A stretch of DNA of 64,000 nt from Verrucomicrobiaceae bacterium (GCA_027488755.1 JAIYAZ010000047.1:95982-159981); one strand, 5' to 3'; positions 1-12,243 are shown, counted from the stretch's first letter. The notes: a model not told the origin generated them from the letters alone. Made by a program: numbers and translations.

Positions 1-346
1 CGATGAAGGTGGCGCCTTCCTCGATGATGATGCGGGTGGCCTTCAGATCGCCGGTGAGCTGGGAGCTGGATTTGAGCTCGGCTTTTTCGGTGACGGTGAT
101 GTTGCCGAAGACGGTGCCGTGGACGGTGACGGACTTGGTTTTGACCTCGCCGCGAACCTCGGCGTTTTTGCCGATGACGAGGGAACCTTCGGAGAGGATT
201 TCGCCTTCGATCTTGCCGTCAAAAATGAGTTCGTTTTCGAACTTGATGGTGCCCTTGATGTCGACGTCGTTGGCGAGCACGTTCTTGGCCGCGCCGCCAG
301 GGATGGGTTCCGCCATGGGTTTGGAAGTCAAAGTGTTGAGGTTCAT
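1..346 (-). CDS. Bactofilin-like cytoskeletal protein (partial; C-terminus lies beyond the window start)
   Basis: My reverse-strand translation from the ATG at 346..344 gives MNLNTLTSKPMAEPIPGGAAKNVLANDVDIKGTIKFENELIFDGKIEGEILSEGSLVIGKNAEVRGEVKTKSVTVHGTVFGNITVTEKAELKSSSQLTGDLKATRIIIEEGATF. This is the short beta-helical repeat pattern typical of bactofilins (DUF583). The listed + ORF 3..368 is its antisense shadow. Confidence 0.75.
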   Translation of the reverse strand, partial: MNLNTLTSKPMAEPIPGGAAKNVLANDVDIKGTIKFENELIFDGKIEGEILSEGSLVIGKNAEVRGEVKTKSVTVHGTVFGNITVTEKAELKSSSQLTGDLKATRIIIEEGATFI

Positions 347-389
347 GCGATTCTTCCGCGGAAAGTAGTCCCCGCCCGGGTGCTGTCAA

Positions 390-1796
390 TTAAGTTCCCG
401 AAGGAACGGCCAATTCTTCGGCGGGGTAGGTCCAGATTTCGCTGAGGGTGGGGTGGTAATGCGGAATGGTGGCGAGTTGGGCGGCGGTGGCGCGAAAGGC
501 CATGGCGACGACGATTTCGTGAATGAGGTCGCTGGCGTGGGGGCCAACGACGGAGCCGCCGAGGATTTCGCCGGTGGCGGGGTCGGCGAGGAGTTTGACG
601 AGGCCGTGGGTCTCGCCCATGGCGATGGATTTGCCGTGGTCGTTGAAGGGGTAGGTGGCGGTGCGGAAGGCGCGGCCGGCGGCGCGGGCCCCGGCTTCGG
701 TGAGGCCGACGGAGGCGACCTGGGGTTCGGTGAAGACCGCGAAGAGGTTGAGCCGGTAATCGATGGACTCGAGGGGCGGCGGGTCGGCGCGCTGCTGGCG
801 GGCGGCGTTGCGGGCGGCGATTTCGCCCTGCTGGATGGCGATGTGCACGACCTCGTAGGGGCCGCAGCAGTCCCCGGCGGCGAAGATGTGGGGCTGGCTG
901 GTCTGCTGGTGGGCGTTGGTTTGAATGCGGCCGCGGGGGGCCTCCACGCCGGCGGCGGCGAGCGCGAGGCCGTCGAGGTCGGGGCGGCGGCCGAGGGCGT
1001 TGAGCACGTCGGCGGCTTCGACGGTGAGGGTTGCGCCGTTTTGCGTGAAGGTCACGCGGACGCCGGCGGCGGTGCGTTCGAGGGCGAGAATTTGCGTGCC
1101 GGTGTGGATGGCGAGGCCGCGCTCGCGCAGGGCGGATTCCAGCGCGGCGGCGATGTCGGGATCGGTGCCGGTGAGGAGCTGGGGGCCGCGCTGGATGATG
1201 GTGACGGTGGTGCCGAGCGCGGCGAAGTAGTGCGCGAACTCGAGGGCGACGGGGCCGGCGCCGAGCACGATGAGAGAGGCGGGGATTGTCTCCCGTTCCA
1301 GCACGTCGTCGCTGGTGAGGGCGCCGCAGGTGGCGAGGCCGGGCACGGGCGGGGTTTGCACGGTGGAGCCGGTGGCGACGAGGATGCGTGCGGCGGAGAG
1401 CGTGCGCGGCGGTTCGCCGGGCCAGTCGAGGCGGAGGGTGTGGGCGTCCGCAAACGTGGCGCGGGCGCGGACGAAGTCGAAGCGGCGGTCCTCGAGTTGC
1501 TGGCGGCGGTAGTCGGCGAATTCCCCGATGATGCGGCGTTTGCGGGCGAGGATGGCGGCGGGGTTGGCCGAGATGGCGCCGGCGTGCAGGCCGAATTCCC
1601 CGGCGCGGCGCAGGGTGAGGAAGCGGTTCGCCGACTCGATCATCGTTTTCGTGGGCATGCATCCGCGAAGGATGCAGAGGCCGCCGACTTCCCGGCCGCC
1701 CTCGATGACCACGGTGCGGAGGCCTTCGGCGCTGGCGGTGCGGGCCGCGGCGTAACCCGCGCTGCCGCCGCCGATGATGGCGAAATCGTAGTCCAT
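390..1796 (-). CDS. Class I pyridine nucleotide-disulfide oxidoreductase (dihydrolipoyl dehydrogenase / glutathione-reductase family)
   Basis: 468 aa. N-terminal FAD fold IIGGGSAGY, redox disulfide GGLCILRGCMPTK, second Rossmann motif LIVLGAGPVALE, C-terminal HPTLSE His-Glu dyad. Exact substrate cannot be assigned. Confidence 0.85.
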   Translation of the reverse strand: MDYDFAIIGGGSAGYAAARTASAEGLRTVVIEGGREVGGLCILRGCMPTKTMIESANRFLTLRRAGEFGLHAGAISANPAAILARKRRIIGEFADYRRQQLEDRRFDFVRARATFADAHTLRLDWPGEPPRTLSAARILVATGSTVQTPPVPGLATCGALTSDDVLERETIPASLIVLGAGPVALEFAHYFAALGTTVTIIQRGPQLLTGTDPDIAAALESALRERGLAIHTGTQILALERTAAGVRVTFTQNGATLTVEAADVLNALGRRPDLDGLALAAAGVEAPRGRIQTNAHQQTSQPHIFAAGDCCGPYEVVHIAIQQGEIAARNAARQQRADPPPLESIDYRLNLFAVFTEPQVASVGLTEAGARAAGRAFRTATYPFNDHGKSIAMGETHGLVKLLADPATGEILGGSVVGPHASDLIHEIVVAMAFRATAAQLATIPHYHPTLSEIWTYPAEELAVPSGT

Positions 1797-1849
1797 GGCG
1801 GGAGCCTAGCCGCTTGGGGAATGATCCCGCAACCTCCCGCGCGCCGCGG

Positions 1850-3427
1850 CTACGGGATGACCTCGTAGAGCCGGAAGAACGGCGTGCCGGCGGCGGGGCG
1901 CAGCCAGGGCGGAACGGACGCGGGGGTCGCCGAGAGCACGGCGCCGACCATTTGGGGCGAGGGCTGGCCGCCGACCAACTGCGCGGCGGTGCCGAGCACG
2001 CGCCCGGGGTCGTCGGCGAGCACAAAGCGGACTCCGCGGCGGGTGAGGAGGGATTGGGCGTCGGCCCAGTCGGTCGCGAGGTAAAAACGGGCGGCGTCGA
2101 CGATGCCGGGCAGGCTTTCGTGGGAACTGCCGGTGACGCCGGGTTGGCCCGACCAGTAGGCGACGGGCGGCGAGAGCCACCACGGAGCGAGGAACGGGCC
2201 GCGCACCTCGGCGGCGATGGCGCGGAGCTGCGGGAGTTCGGCGCGGCGTTCGAGGCGGAGTTGCTGCGCTTCGCCGCCGGGGTCGAGCAGGGTGTCCCAC
2301 GCGGCGGCGACCGGCCAGAGGCCGACCACAAACAGCCCGGCAGGGAGGAGGCGTCCCGGCAGAACGTTCCAGGCGAACGGCACGGCCATGGCGACGGCAA
2401 GCGCGAGGTAGCAGCCCCAGCGAATCTGCCAGCAGGTGAGGGCAAACGTGGCGAGCACGAGCACCAGGGTTCCGAGGATGAGGGGACGTTGGGGCGTTGC
2501 ACGGCGGAAGAGGGCGAACGCGAGGAGCGCGGGCGTGAGCACGCCGAACCAGCCGAGCCACGCGGGAAATTGCGCGGACCACGGCGGGAGCGAGGCGAGT
2601 TCGCCGATCTGGCGGGACCATGCGGGGAAAAACGCAGCGACTTCGGGCGCTGGGGCGCTCACCCGCCAGCCATCGAAGGCGACGCCCGCGCCAAAGACGA
2701 CCAGAGCCGCGACCCAGGCGAGGCCCCACGTTTTGGTTGCGGCGGCGCGGCGGAGCGCGGCGAAGCGCAGCGGGAGCAGGAGCGCGAAGAGCACGAGGGG
2801 TTCGTAGAGGCTGGTCCACAACGCGAGGCCCCAGGCTGCGCCCCAGACGAGCGCGGTGCGGCGGCCCGCGCCGCGCCAGAGGTTCCATTCCGCGGCGAGG
2901 CCGACGGCGAGAAGCAGGAGCAGGAGGGATTGGTGGTCGGGGCGGCCGAGGCGGAAGGCCTGCACGAGGATGGGCGAGACGGCGAGGAGGAAGAGCATCG
3001 CGTGGCGGCCGCGCAGGCGTTCGCGCGTGCTCCAGAGCCAGAGCGCGAGCAGGGTGGCGAGGCCGAGCAGCGGGGAGATCCACGCGCCGGCGAGGTCGAG
3101 GGATTGCGGCGAAAAGGGGCGCAGCACGGTCGCCAGCAGCGCGATGGCGGCATCCATCGGGATGGTGGTGTGGGTCGCCACGCCGGCGGGGAAATTTTCA
3201 AAATCGTGGTGTCGGATTGACTGCCACGGCGCGGCGAGCAGGTGGGCGACGCGCGTCATTCGGGAGTAGCAATCCGCGTCCACAAAGTAGATCCGCCCGT
3301 CGAGGAAAACGTCGTCGTGCCGCGCCGTCGTGGTGAGGAGCATGAGCCCGAGCAAACCGAGCAGGGCGGCACCGCGCACGAGGGTTCGCAGACCCGACAT
3401 GTTGTGGTTTGGGGTTGGCTTGCTCAC
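1850..3427 (-). CDS. Polytopic GT-C fold membrane protein with STT3/AglB-like motifs (putative oligosaccharyl/glycosyl transferase)
   Basis: 525 aa with many hydrophobic helices. FVDADCYSRMTRV (D50-x-D52, like the DxD..Y..R of STT3 external loop 1). HHDFENFPAGVATHTTIPM (like FD..YP.G....P). GRPDHQSL (like G..DHH). APWWLSPPVAYWSGQPGVTGSSHE aligns to the PglB WWDYGYPVRYYS....GG.H region, but the Asp-Tyr-Gly of WWDYG is replaced. Confidence 0.6.
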   Translation of the reverse strand: MSKPTPNHNMSGLRTLVRGAALLGLLGLMLLTTTARHDDVFLDGRIYFVDADCYSRMTRVAHLLAAPWQSIRHHDFENFPAGVATHTTIPMDAAIALLATVLRPFSPQSLDLAGAWISPLLGLATLLALWLWSTRERLRGRHAMLFLLAVSPILVQAFRLGRPDHQSLLLLLLAVGLAAEWNLWRGAGRRTALVWGAAWGLALWTSLYEPLVLFALLLPLRFAALRRAAATKTWGLAWVAALVVFGAGVAFDGWRVSAPAPEVAAFFPAWSRQIGELASLPPWSAQFPAWLGWFGVLTPALLAFALFRRATPQRPLILGTLVLVLATFALTCWQIRWGCYLALAVAMAVPFAWNVLPGRLLPAGLFVVGLWPVAAAWDTLLDPGGEAQQLRLERRAELPQLRAIAAEVRGPFLAPWWLSPPVAYWSGQPGVTGSSHESLPGIVDAARFYLATDWADAQSLLTRRGVRFVLADDPGRVLGTAAQLVGGQPSPQMVGAVLSATPASVPPWLRPAAGTPFFRLYEVIP

Positions 3428-3510
3428 AATATCTGGCGTTTGGCGGCATCGAAAACCCGGAAAAACCCTTGTGGCCCCCGAGGACGTGCCGCTAGTCTTT
3501 TGTCCCGTAA

Positions 3511-6093
<2,583 letters not shown>

Positions 6094-6110
6094 TTTATCC
6101 CCTTCGCCCG

Positions 6111-8684
6111 ATGTATACGCAGAACGAAAAAGTCGAGAAGGTCAACGTGGCCGAGGAAATGTCGAAGTCCTTTCTGGACTACTCGATGTCGGTCATCATT
6201 TCCCGCGCGTTGCCCGATGCCCGTGACGGGCTGAAGCCCTCCCAGCGCCGCATTCTTTTCGCGATGAGCGAGCTCGGCGTGATGCCGACCCGCAAGCACC
6301 TCAAGTGCGCGAAGATCGTCGGTGAGACGATGGGTAACTACCACCCGCACGGCGACCAGGCCATCTACCCGACGCTCGTGCACATGGCGCAGCCGTGGGC
6401 GATGCGCGAAATGCTTGTCGATGGCCAGGGTAACTTCGGTTCGCTGGAAGGCGATCCGCCGGCGTCCATGCGTTACACCGAGGCCCGCCTGCAGCAGCTC
6501 GGCGCGGCGCTGATGACCGACATGGACAAGGGCACGGTGGACTTCGTGCCGAACTACGACGAGACCCGCGAGGAGCCGACCGTGTTTCCGGCCGCGTTCC
6601 CGAACCTTCTCGTCAATGGCGGCACGGGCATCGCGGTCGGCATGGCCACGAACATCCCGCCGCACAACCTCGGCGAGTGCATCGACGGCATCTGCGCGCA
6701 GATTGACGACCCCGATATCACGATCGAGGGCCTCATGCAGCACGTGAAGGGGCCCGATTTTCCGACGGGCTGCCTGCTTCAGGGCAAGGCGGGCATCAAG
6801 CAATACTTCGAGACCGGCCGCGGTCAGGTGCGCGTGCGGGGTCGCGTGGGTGTGGCCGAGGTGAAGGGTGGCCGCGAGCAGATCATCATTTCGGAGATTC
6901 CCTACAACGTGAACCGCGCCGAACTGGTGAAGCGGATTGCCGATCTTACGAACGAAAAGATCATCGCCGGCATCAGCGACGTGCGCGACGAGAGCGCCGA
7001 GGACACGCGCGTTGTGATCGACCTCAAGCGGGACGGCAACCCGAAGGTCATCATCAACAACCTCTACAAGCACACCGCGCTGGAGTCGTCCTTCAGCGTG
7101 AACATGCTGGCGATCGACCACGGGAAACCGAAGCTCATGTCGCTAAAAGATGCGATCACGAGCTACATCGAGCACCGCCGAGAGGTCGTTCTTCGCCGCA
7201 CGCGCTTCCTCCTGGATGCGGCCGAAATCGAGGCCGAGAAGCTCGAGGGTTACCTCATCGCGCTGGCGAACCTCGATGACTTCATCAAGATCATCCGCGA
7301 CTCCCGCGATCGCGACGACGCGAAGGCCAAGCTGCTCGCGCTCGCGTGGACCCGCAAGGCGGTCGAGCAGCTCGGGATTCTCATCCGCAGCGATGCCCGC
7401 CTGACCGCGAAGGGCGACTACAAGTTCAGCGAAAAGCAGGTTGGGCACATTCTTGATCTGCGCCTCTACCAGCTCACCGGGCTGGAGCGGGACAGCATCA
7501 AGAGCGAATACGACGCGCTCATCGAGACAATCAAGGACCTGCTCGACATCCTGGCGAAAGAGTCGCGCGTGCTCACGATCATCAAGAAGGAATTGCGGGA
7601 ACTGCAGGCCAAATACGCGACCGAGCGCCGCACGCAGATCGTGCCCGACGAGGGCGAGGTGAGCATCGAAGACCTCATTGCCAACGAGGGCTGCATCATC
7701 ACGATCACCCACAACGGCTTCATCAAGCGCACGGCGGTCTCGGCCTACCGGGCGCAGCGGCGCGGCGGCAAGGGCGTGATCGGCATGGTGGCCCGCGAGG
7801 GCGAGACCGAGGAGGACAGCGACTTCGTGGAGCACCTCTTCACCGCCACCACGCACGACTACCTCATGTTCTTCACGCACGACGGGCGTTGCTACGTCGA
7901 GCGCGTGTTTGAAATTCCCGAGGGCTCCCGCGCGAGCAAGGGCCGGAGCATTGCGAACCTGCTGGAGCTGCGCGCGGACGAAAAGATCGCCGCGACGATC
8001 CGCATCCAGGGCCAGAAGACCGAGGAGGATACGTGGAGCGACCAGCTGCACATCGTCTTTGCGACGCGCAGCGGGATCGTGAAGAAGTCCAACCTGCGGG
8101 ACTTCAAGAACATCCGCAAGGGCGGCATCATCGCCATCCAGATCGAGGAAGGCGACCGCCTCATCGACTGCAAGCTCACATCCGGCCACAACGAGATCGT
8201 GCTTATCACCCAGAAGGGCATGAGCATCCGCTTCAACGAGGAGGAACTTCGCGACCAGGGCCGCAACACGGTCGGCGTCTGGGGCATCCGCCCGGACAAG
8301 AGTGATTACGTGGTCGGCGCGGCGCTGGTCGATCCGAACGCGATGCTGCTCGTGGCCGGGGAGAACGGCCTCGGCAAACGCACCGGCTTTGACGAATACC
8401 GACTCCAGTCGCGCGGCGGCAAGGGCGTGATCACCATGAAGGTGAACGATCGCACCGGCGGCGTGGCGGGCGCGCTGACCGTGCGCGACGGCGACGAGCT
8501 CATGCTCATCACCAACAAGGGCAAGATGGTGCGCACGCGCATCGCGGAGATCCGCGAGACGGGCCGCAACGCCCAGGGCGTGAAGCTCATCGACATGCGC
8601 GAGGGCGAGACGCTTTCGGGCATTGCGCCGGTGGTCCGGGAGGACGAGGTCGAGGGCGGCGAGGCGGCGGAGACGCCGGTCTGA
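6111..8684 (+). CDS. gyrA: DNA gyrase subunit A
   Basis: 857 aa. [44 protein letters not shown] (QRDR region), catalytic-Tyr context MRYTEARL, C-terminal beta-pinwheel repeats. Starts 17 nt after gyrB. Confidence 0.98.
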   Translation: MYTQNEKVEKVNVAEEMSKSFLDYSMSVIISRALPDARDGLKPSQRRILFAMSELGVMPTRKHLKCAKIVGETMGNYHPHGDQAIYPTLVHMAQPWAMREMLVDGQGNFGSLEGDPPASMRYTEARLQQLGAALMTDMDKGTVDFVPNYDETREEPTVFPAAFPNLLVNGGTGIAVGMATNIPPHNLGECIDGICAQIDDPDITIEGLMQHVKGPDFPTGCLLQGKAGIKQYFETGRGQVRVRGRVGVAEVKGGREQIIISEIPYNVNRAELVKRIADLTNEKIIAGISDVRDESAEDTRVVIDLKRDGNPKVIINNLYKHTALESSFSVNMLAIDHGKPKLMSLKDAITSYIEHRREVVLRRTRFLLDAAEIEAEKLEGYLIALANLDDFIKIIRDSRDRDDAKAKLLALAWTRKAVEQLGILIRSDARLTAKGDYKFSEKQVGHILDLRLYQLTGLERDSIKSEYDALIETIKDLLDILAKESRVLTIIKKELRELQAKYATERRTQIVPDEGEVSIEDLIANEGCIITITHNGFIKRTAVSAYRAQRRGGKGVIGMVAREGETEEDSDFVEHLFTATTHDYLMFFTHDGRCYVERVFEIPEGSRASKGRSIANLLELRADEKIAATIRIQGQKTEEDTWSDQLHIVFATRSGIVKKSNLRDFKNIRKGGIIAIQIEEGDRLIDCKLTSGHNEIVLITQKGMSIRFNEEELRDQGRNTVGVWGIRPDKSDYVVGAALVDPNAMLLVAGENGLGKRTGFDEYRLQSRGGKGVITMKVNDRTGGVAGALTVRDGDELMLITNKGKMVRTRIAEIRETGRNAQGVKLIDMREGETLSGIAPVVREDEVEGGEAAETPV

Positions 8685-8789
8685 TCGAACGAAACGGCAT
8701 TATGGAGGATTTTGGGGATTAACCGGATGGGAAGAAGGTCAGATCCTTCATCCCGTTAATCCGGTAAATCTTGTGAATCCCGTTTAGTT
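8685..8789. repeat. Left arm of a ~105-110-bp inverted repeat / foldback element flanking the aldo/keto reductase gene
   Basis: tcgaacgaaacggcattatggaggattttggggattaacc...cccgttaatccggtaaatcttgtgaatcccgtttagtt is the reverse complement of 9768..9877. Outer segment 34/39 identical, inner segment 36/38 identical, centre divergent. It carries an internal ggattaac/gttaatcc foldback. Confidence 0.85.
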
Positions 8790-9761
8790 GGCGAGGACCA
8801 CGTCGATGGCGGCGAGTTCGTCGGCGCTGAACGTGAGGTTCGTGAGGGCGGCGACGTTTTCCTCGATCTGCGCGGGGCGGCTGGCCCCGATGAGCGCGGA
8901 GGTGACGACGGGGTTGCGCAGCACCCAGGCGAGGGCGAACTGGGCGAGCGACTGGCCGCGCGCGGCGGCGAGAGTGTTCAGGGCGCGGATGCGCGCGAGC
9001 TGGGTTTCGACGCGCTCGTGGGTGAGGAACGGGGAGGCGCCGGCGGCGCGGGAATCCTCGGGGATGCCGTTCAGGTAGCGGCCGGTGAGGAGGCCCTGGG
9101 CTAGCGGGCAGAAGGCGATGCAGCCGACGCCCTGGGCGGCGAGGACGTCGAGGAGGCCGGTGGTCTCGGGTTCGCGCTGGAGGAGGTTGTAGCGGGGCTG
9201 GTGGATGAGGAGCGGGACGCCGGCGGAGTGGAGGAATTCGGCGGCCCGGGCGGCGAGCTCGGCGGGGTAGTTCGAGACGCCGGCGTAGAGGGCGCGGCCC
9301 GATTGGACGGCGGTGACCAGCGCGCCGAGGCTTTCCTCGAGCGGGGTGTCGGGGTCGGGGCGGTGGTGGTAGAAGATGTCGACGTAGTCGAGGCCGAGGC
9401 GGGTGAGGCTTTGGTCGAGGCTGGCGAGGAGATACTTCCGCGAGCCCCAGTCGCCGTAGGGGCCGGGCCACATGTTGTAGCCGGCCTTGGAGGAGATGAT
9501 GAGTTCGTCGCGATGGGCGGCGAGGTCCTCGCGGAGAATGCGGCCGAAGGTGAGTTCGGCGGAGCCGGGGGGCGGGCCGTAGTTGTTCGCGAGGTCGAAG
9601 TGGGTGATGCCGAGGTCAAAGGCCCGGAGCACCATGGCGCGGGCGTTGTCGAAGGGGTGGTCGCCGCCGAAGTTGTGCCAGAGGCCCAGCGAGAGGGCGG
9701 GGAGCCGGAGGCCGCTGCGACCGCTGCGGCGGTAGGGGAGGGTTTCGTAGCGGGGGGGCAT
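8784..9761 (-). CDS. Aldo/keto reductase (YghZ/Gpr-like, potassium-channel-beta-subunit-type AKR)
   Basis: 325 aa. YRRSGRSGLRLPALSLGLWHNFG, FDLANNYGPPPGSAE, DYVDIFYHHRPD. These are the characteristic AKR catalytic-tetrad contexts. Confidence 0.9.
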   Translation of the reverse strand: MPPRYETLPYRRSGRSGLRLPALSLGLWHNFGGDHPFDNARAMVLRAFDLGITHFDLANNYGPPPGSAELTFGRILREDLAAHRDELIISSKAGYNMWPGPYGDWGSRKYLLASLDQSLTRLGLDYVDIFYHHRPDPDTPLEESLGALVTAVQSGRALYAGVSNYPAELAARAAEFLHSAGVPLLIHQPRYNLLQREPETTGLLDVLAAQGVGCIAFCPLAQGLLTGRYLNGIPEDSRAAGASPFLTHERVETQLARIRALNTLAAARGQSLAQFALAWVLRNPVVTSALIGASRPAQIEENVAALTNLTFSADELAAIDVVLAN

Positions 9762-9767
9762 GGTCGA

Positions 9768-9877
9768 ACTAAACAGGATTCACAAGATTTACAGGATTAA
9801 CGGGAGGAAGAGACAGAATTTCTCTGTCCTCAAATCCTGTTAATCCAAAAAATCCTGCATAATCCTGTTTCGTTCGA
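9768..9877. repeat. Right arm of the inverted repeat / foldback element flanking the aldo/keto reductase gene
   Basis: aactaaacaggattcacaagatttacaggattaacggg...cctgttaatccaaaaaatcctgcataatcctgtttcgttcga. This is the reverse complement of the left arm, with its own central hairpin (gacaga attc tctgtc region). Confidence 0.85.
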
Positions 9878-9883
9878 CCGGGA

Positions 9884-11131
9884 TTACCCGACGAATTCCT
9901 TGGCGATGAGGGTGGCGTTGTGGCCGCCGAAACCGAAGGAGTTGTTGAGGGCGACGCGGACCTTCTTTTCGCGGGCGACGTTCGGCACGTAGTCGAGGTC
10001 GCACTCGGGGTCGGGGTGGTCGAGATTAATGGTGGGAGGGATGACGCCGTGCTTGATGGCGAGGGCGCAGGCGGCCATTTCGACACCGCCGGCGGCACCG
10101 AGGAGGTGGCCGGTCATGGACTTCGTGGAGCTGACGGCGATGCTCTTGGCCGAGTCGCCGAGGGCGAGTTTGATGGCCTTGGTCTCGCAGATGTCGCCGA
10201 TGGGCGTGGAGGTCGCGTGGGCGTTGATGTAGTCGACGTCGGCGGGGTTCACGCCGGCGTGCTTCATGGCGATGGCCATGGCGCGGGCGGCGCCTTCACC
10301 CTCGGGGAGCGGGGCGGTCATGTGATACGCGTCGGCGGTGGCGCCGTAGCCGGCGAGTTCGCAGTAGATCGGGGCGCCGCGGCGTTTGGCGTGCTCAAGT
10401 TCCTCGAGGACCATGATGCCGGCACCTTCGCCCATGATGAAGCCGTCGCGGTCCTTGTCGAAGGGGCGGCAGGCTTTCCCGGGTTCGTCGTTGCGGGTGC
10501 TGAGCGCCTTCATGGCGGCGAAGCCGGCGATGCCGAGGGGGGTGATGGTGGCTTCGCAGCCGCCGGCGACAAAACAGTCGGCGTCGCCGAATTTGATGAT
10601 GCGCCAGGCTTCGCCGAGCGAGTTGTTCGCGGTGGCGCAGGCGGTGACGATGCACATGTTCGGGCCGGAGAAGCCGTATTCCATCGAGACGATGCCGCTG
10701 GCCATGTTGCTGATCATCATGGCGATGGTGAAGGGCGAGACGCGGGAGGGGCCGCGGGTGTAGAGGCGCTTGGCTTCCTCCTCCATGCTGAAGAGGCCGC
10801 CGATGCCGGAGCCGATCATGACGCCGGTGCGGGTGGGGTCGATCTGGGCGGGGTCAAGCTGGGCGTCCTCGATGGCCATTTTCGCGCCGGCCATGGCGAA
10901 CTGGGTGAAGCGATCGGTGCGGCGGGCGGACTTCGGATTTTTGAAGTAGCTGGCGCCGTTGAAGCCCTTGATTTCGCCGGCGATTTTGCAGTCGTAATCG
11001 GTGGAGTCGAACGCTTCGTAGTGGCTGACGCCATTTACCCCGTTGACGAGATTGTGCCAAAAGGTCTGGGTGTCCAGACCGATGGGGGTGACGACTCCAA
11101 TGCCGGTGATAACAACTCTGCGTTCGCTCAT
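9884..11131 (-). CDS. fabF: 3-oxoacyl-ACP synthase II
   Basis: Start trimmed to MSERRVVITGIGVVTPIG (ATG at 11131). Active-site context IVTACATANNSLGEA, HATSTPIGD, NSFGFGGHNATLI. 415 aa, the standard FabF length. Confidence 0.95.
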   Translation of the reverse strand: MSERRVVITGIGVVTPIGLDTQTFWHNLVNGVNGVSHYEAFDSTDYDCKIAGEIKGFNGASYFKNPKSARRTDRFTQFAMAGAKMAIEDAQLDPAQIDPTRTGVMIGSGIGGLFSMEEEAKRLYTRGPSRVSPFTIAMMISNMASGIVSMEYGFSGPNMCIVTACATANNSLGEAWRIIKFGDADCFVAGGCEATITPLGIAGFAAMKALSTRNDEPGKACRPFDKDRDGFIMGEGAGIMVLEELEHAKRRGAPIYCELAGYGATADAYHMTAPLPEGEGAARAMAIAMKHAGVNPADVDYINAHATSTPIGDICETKAIKLALGDSAKSIAVSSTKSMTGHLLGAAGGVEMAACALAIKHGVIPPTINLDHPDPECDLDYVPNVAREKKVRVALNNSFGFGGHNATLIAKEFVG

Positions 11132-11233
11132 GCTTATACGGATGACCCCGAGAAACGGGAACAAGCAGTCAATCGGCTCCAAAAGGGTGGTTGCAACCAC
11201 AAAGTTGCCCGCGGGGCGTCAAAAAAACCGGGG

Positions 11234-11473
11234 CTAGGGTTCGGGGCGGGGAGTTCGTTCGTTGGGGTGGCCGCAGTTTGGGCAGGCGGGGATGGGATCG
11301 GGGGAGGGGTTTTCGTAAACGAGGCCGCAGAGGACGCAGGTGATCAGGCCGCGGCGGGCGCGGGCTTCGGCGTGGCGGCGGTGGCTGGTGCGGATGGCGG
11401 AGGCGATGAAGACGAGGCCGACGAGGACGCCGACGTAGAGGGAGACGAACTGGGCGAGGCTGAGGGGGATCAT
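11234..11473 (-). CDS. Small membrane-anchored zinc-ribbon protein (hypothetical)
   Basis: 79 aa: MIPLSLAQFVSLYVGVLVGLVFIASAIR (TM helix), then CVLCGLVYENPSPDPIPACPNCGHP (CxxC...CxxC). Its ATG overlaps the stop of the upstream tonB-like gene (ATGA at 11470-11473). High GC3. Confidence 0.55.
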   Translation of the reverse strand: MIPLSLAQFVSLYVGVLVGLVFIASAIRTSHRRHAEARARRGLITCVLCGLVYENPSPDPIPACPNCGHPNERTPRPEP

Positions 11474-12243
11474 GGCTCGGGGGGGCGGTCGTCGGGTTCC
11501 TTCCGCGTGACGTCGAGGCCCCAGTGGAAGGTGACGGTGCCCCAATCTATGGTGGTGGCGTGGCCGCGGGTGAAGCGGAGGGCCATGAGGTAGCGGGCGG
11601 CCTGGTCGTCGAGGGTGGCGTTGACGCCGACGCCGTCGCGGACGACGTGGAGCGGGCGGCCGTCGGGGGCGAGGGCGATAAGGAAGCGGGCGGGGGGGAG
11701 CTGGTCGCCGGGGCGGGCGGTGAACCGCATGGCGGGGAGGTTGGCGGGCAGGCGGGCGCGGAGGTTGGCGGAGGTTTGGAGGCGGGTGTCGGAGGCGGGC
11801 GGCGGGAGGGCGGGGCGGGCGAAGGCGGGTTCGGCGACGGGGACGGGGCCGAGGTCGACGGGCAGGGGGGGGAGGACGCGGCCGCGGGATTCGGTGAGCG
11901 GCTCGAGGGGCGGACGGGTGGCGAGGTAGCTGGGTTCGTAGGCGGGGATGGTGGGCGGGGGGGTGACGAGGCTGGTGCGTTCGGGGGCGAAGAGGGAGGG
12001 GTCGGTGGAGTCGAGGAAGGCGTTGAGGCGCGGGCGGTCGGGGGAGCCGGGGAGGAGGAGGTAGAGGGCGCCTTCGTTGAGGCGGGCGGGCTCGGCGCGG
12101 GGGTATTCGATGCGGAAGAGGAAGTAGGCGCCGGCGTGGAGGGCGATGGCGACGAGGAGCCAGAGGCCGAGGCGGCGGCGGCGGTCGTGCTGCGCCCACT
12201 CGAAGAGGAACGCGAGGCGTTCGGCCGGGGCGGGGGACGTCAT
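11470..12243 (-). CDS. TonB-like energy transducer (N-terminal TM anchor, Pro-rich spacer, C-terminal TonB-C-like domain)
   Basis: 257 aa. LGLWLLVAIALHAGAYFLF anchor, Pro-rich middle (PPPTIPAYEPSY...PLPVDLGPVPVAEPAFARPALPPP), C-terminal beta-rich domain. Overlaps the exbD stop by 4 nt. Confidence 0.6.
   Translation of the reverse strand: MTSPAPAERLAFLFEWAQHDRRRRLGLWLLVAIALHAGAYFLFRIEYPRAEPARLNEGALYLLLPGSPDRPRLNAFLDSTDPSLFAPERTSLVTPPPTIPAYEPSYLATRPPLEPLTESRGRVLPPLPVDLGPVPVAEPAFARPALPPPASDTRLQTSANLRARLPANLPAMRFTARPGDQLPPARFLIALAPDGRPLHVVRDGVGVNATLDDQAARYLMALRFTRGHATTIDWGTVTFHWGLDVTRKEPDDRPPEP

Noticed and set aside
3-368. Plus-strand ORF 3..368 (121 aa)
   Set aside because: The opposite strand encodes a clean bactofilin repeat protein starting at 346, so the plus-strand ORF is its shadow.
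343-2502. Very long ORFs such as 343..2502(-), 3424..5751(-), 24283..28230(+), 31609..33834(-), 35785..39207(-), 43271..45187(-) and 56225..58999(-)
   Set aside because: Their translations are monotonous Arg/Pro/Gly/Ala/His low-complexity strings. They lie antisense or out of frame to genes with unmistakable conserved motifs (lpd-like, gyrB, nrdAB, copA, cusA, pdxH/phoD, speA). These are stop-codon-poor shadow frames typical of ~67% GC DNA.
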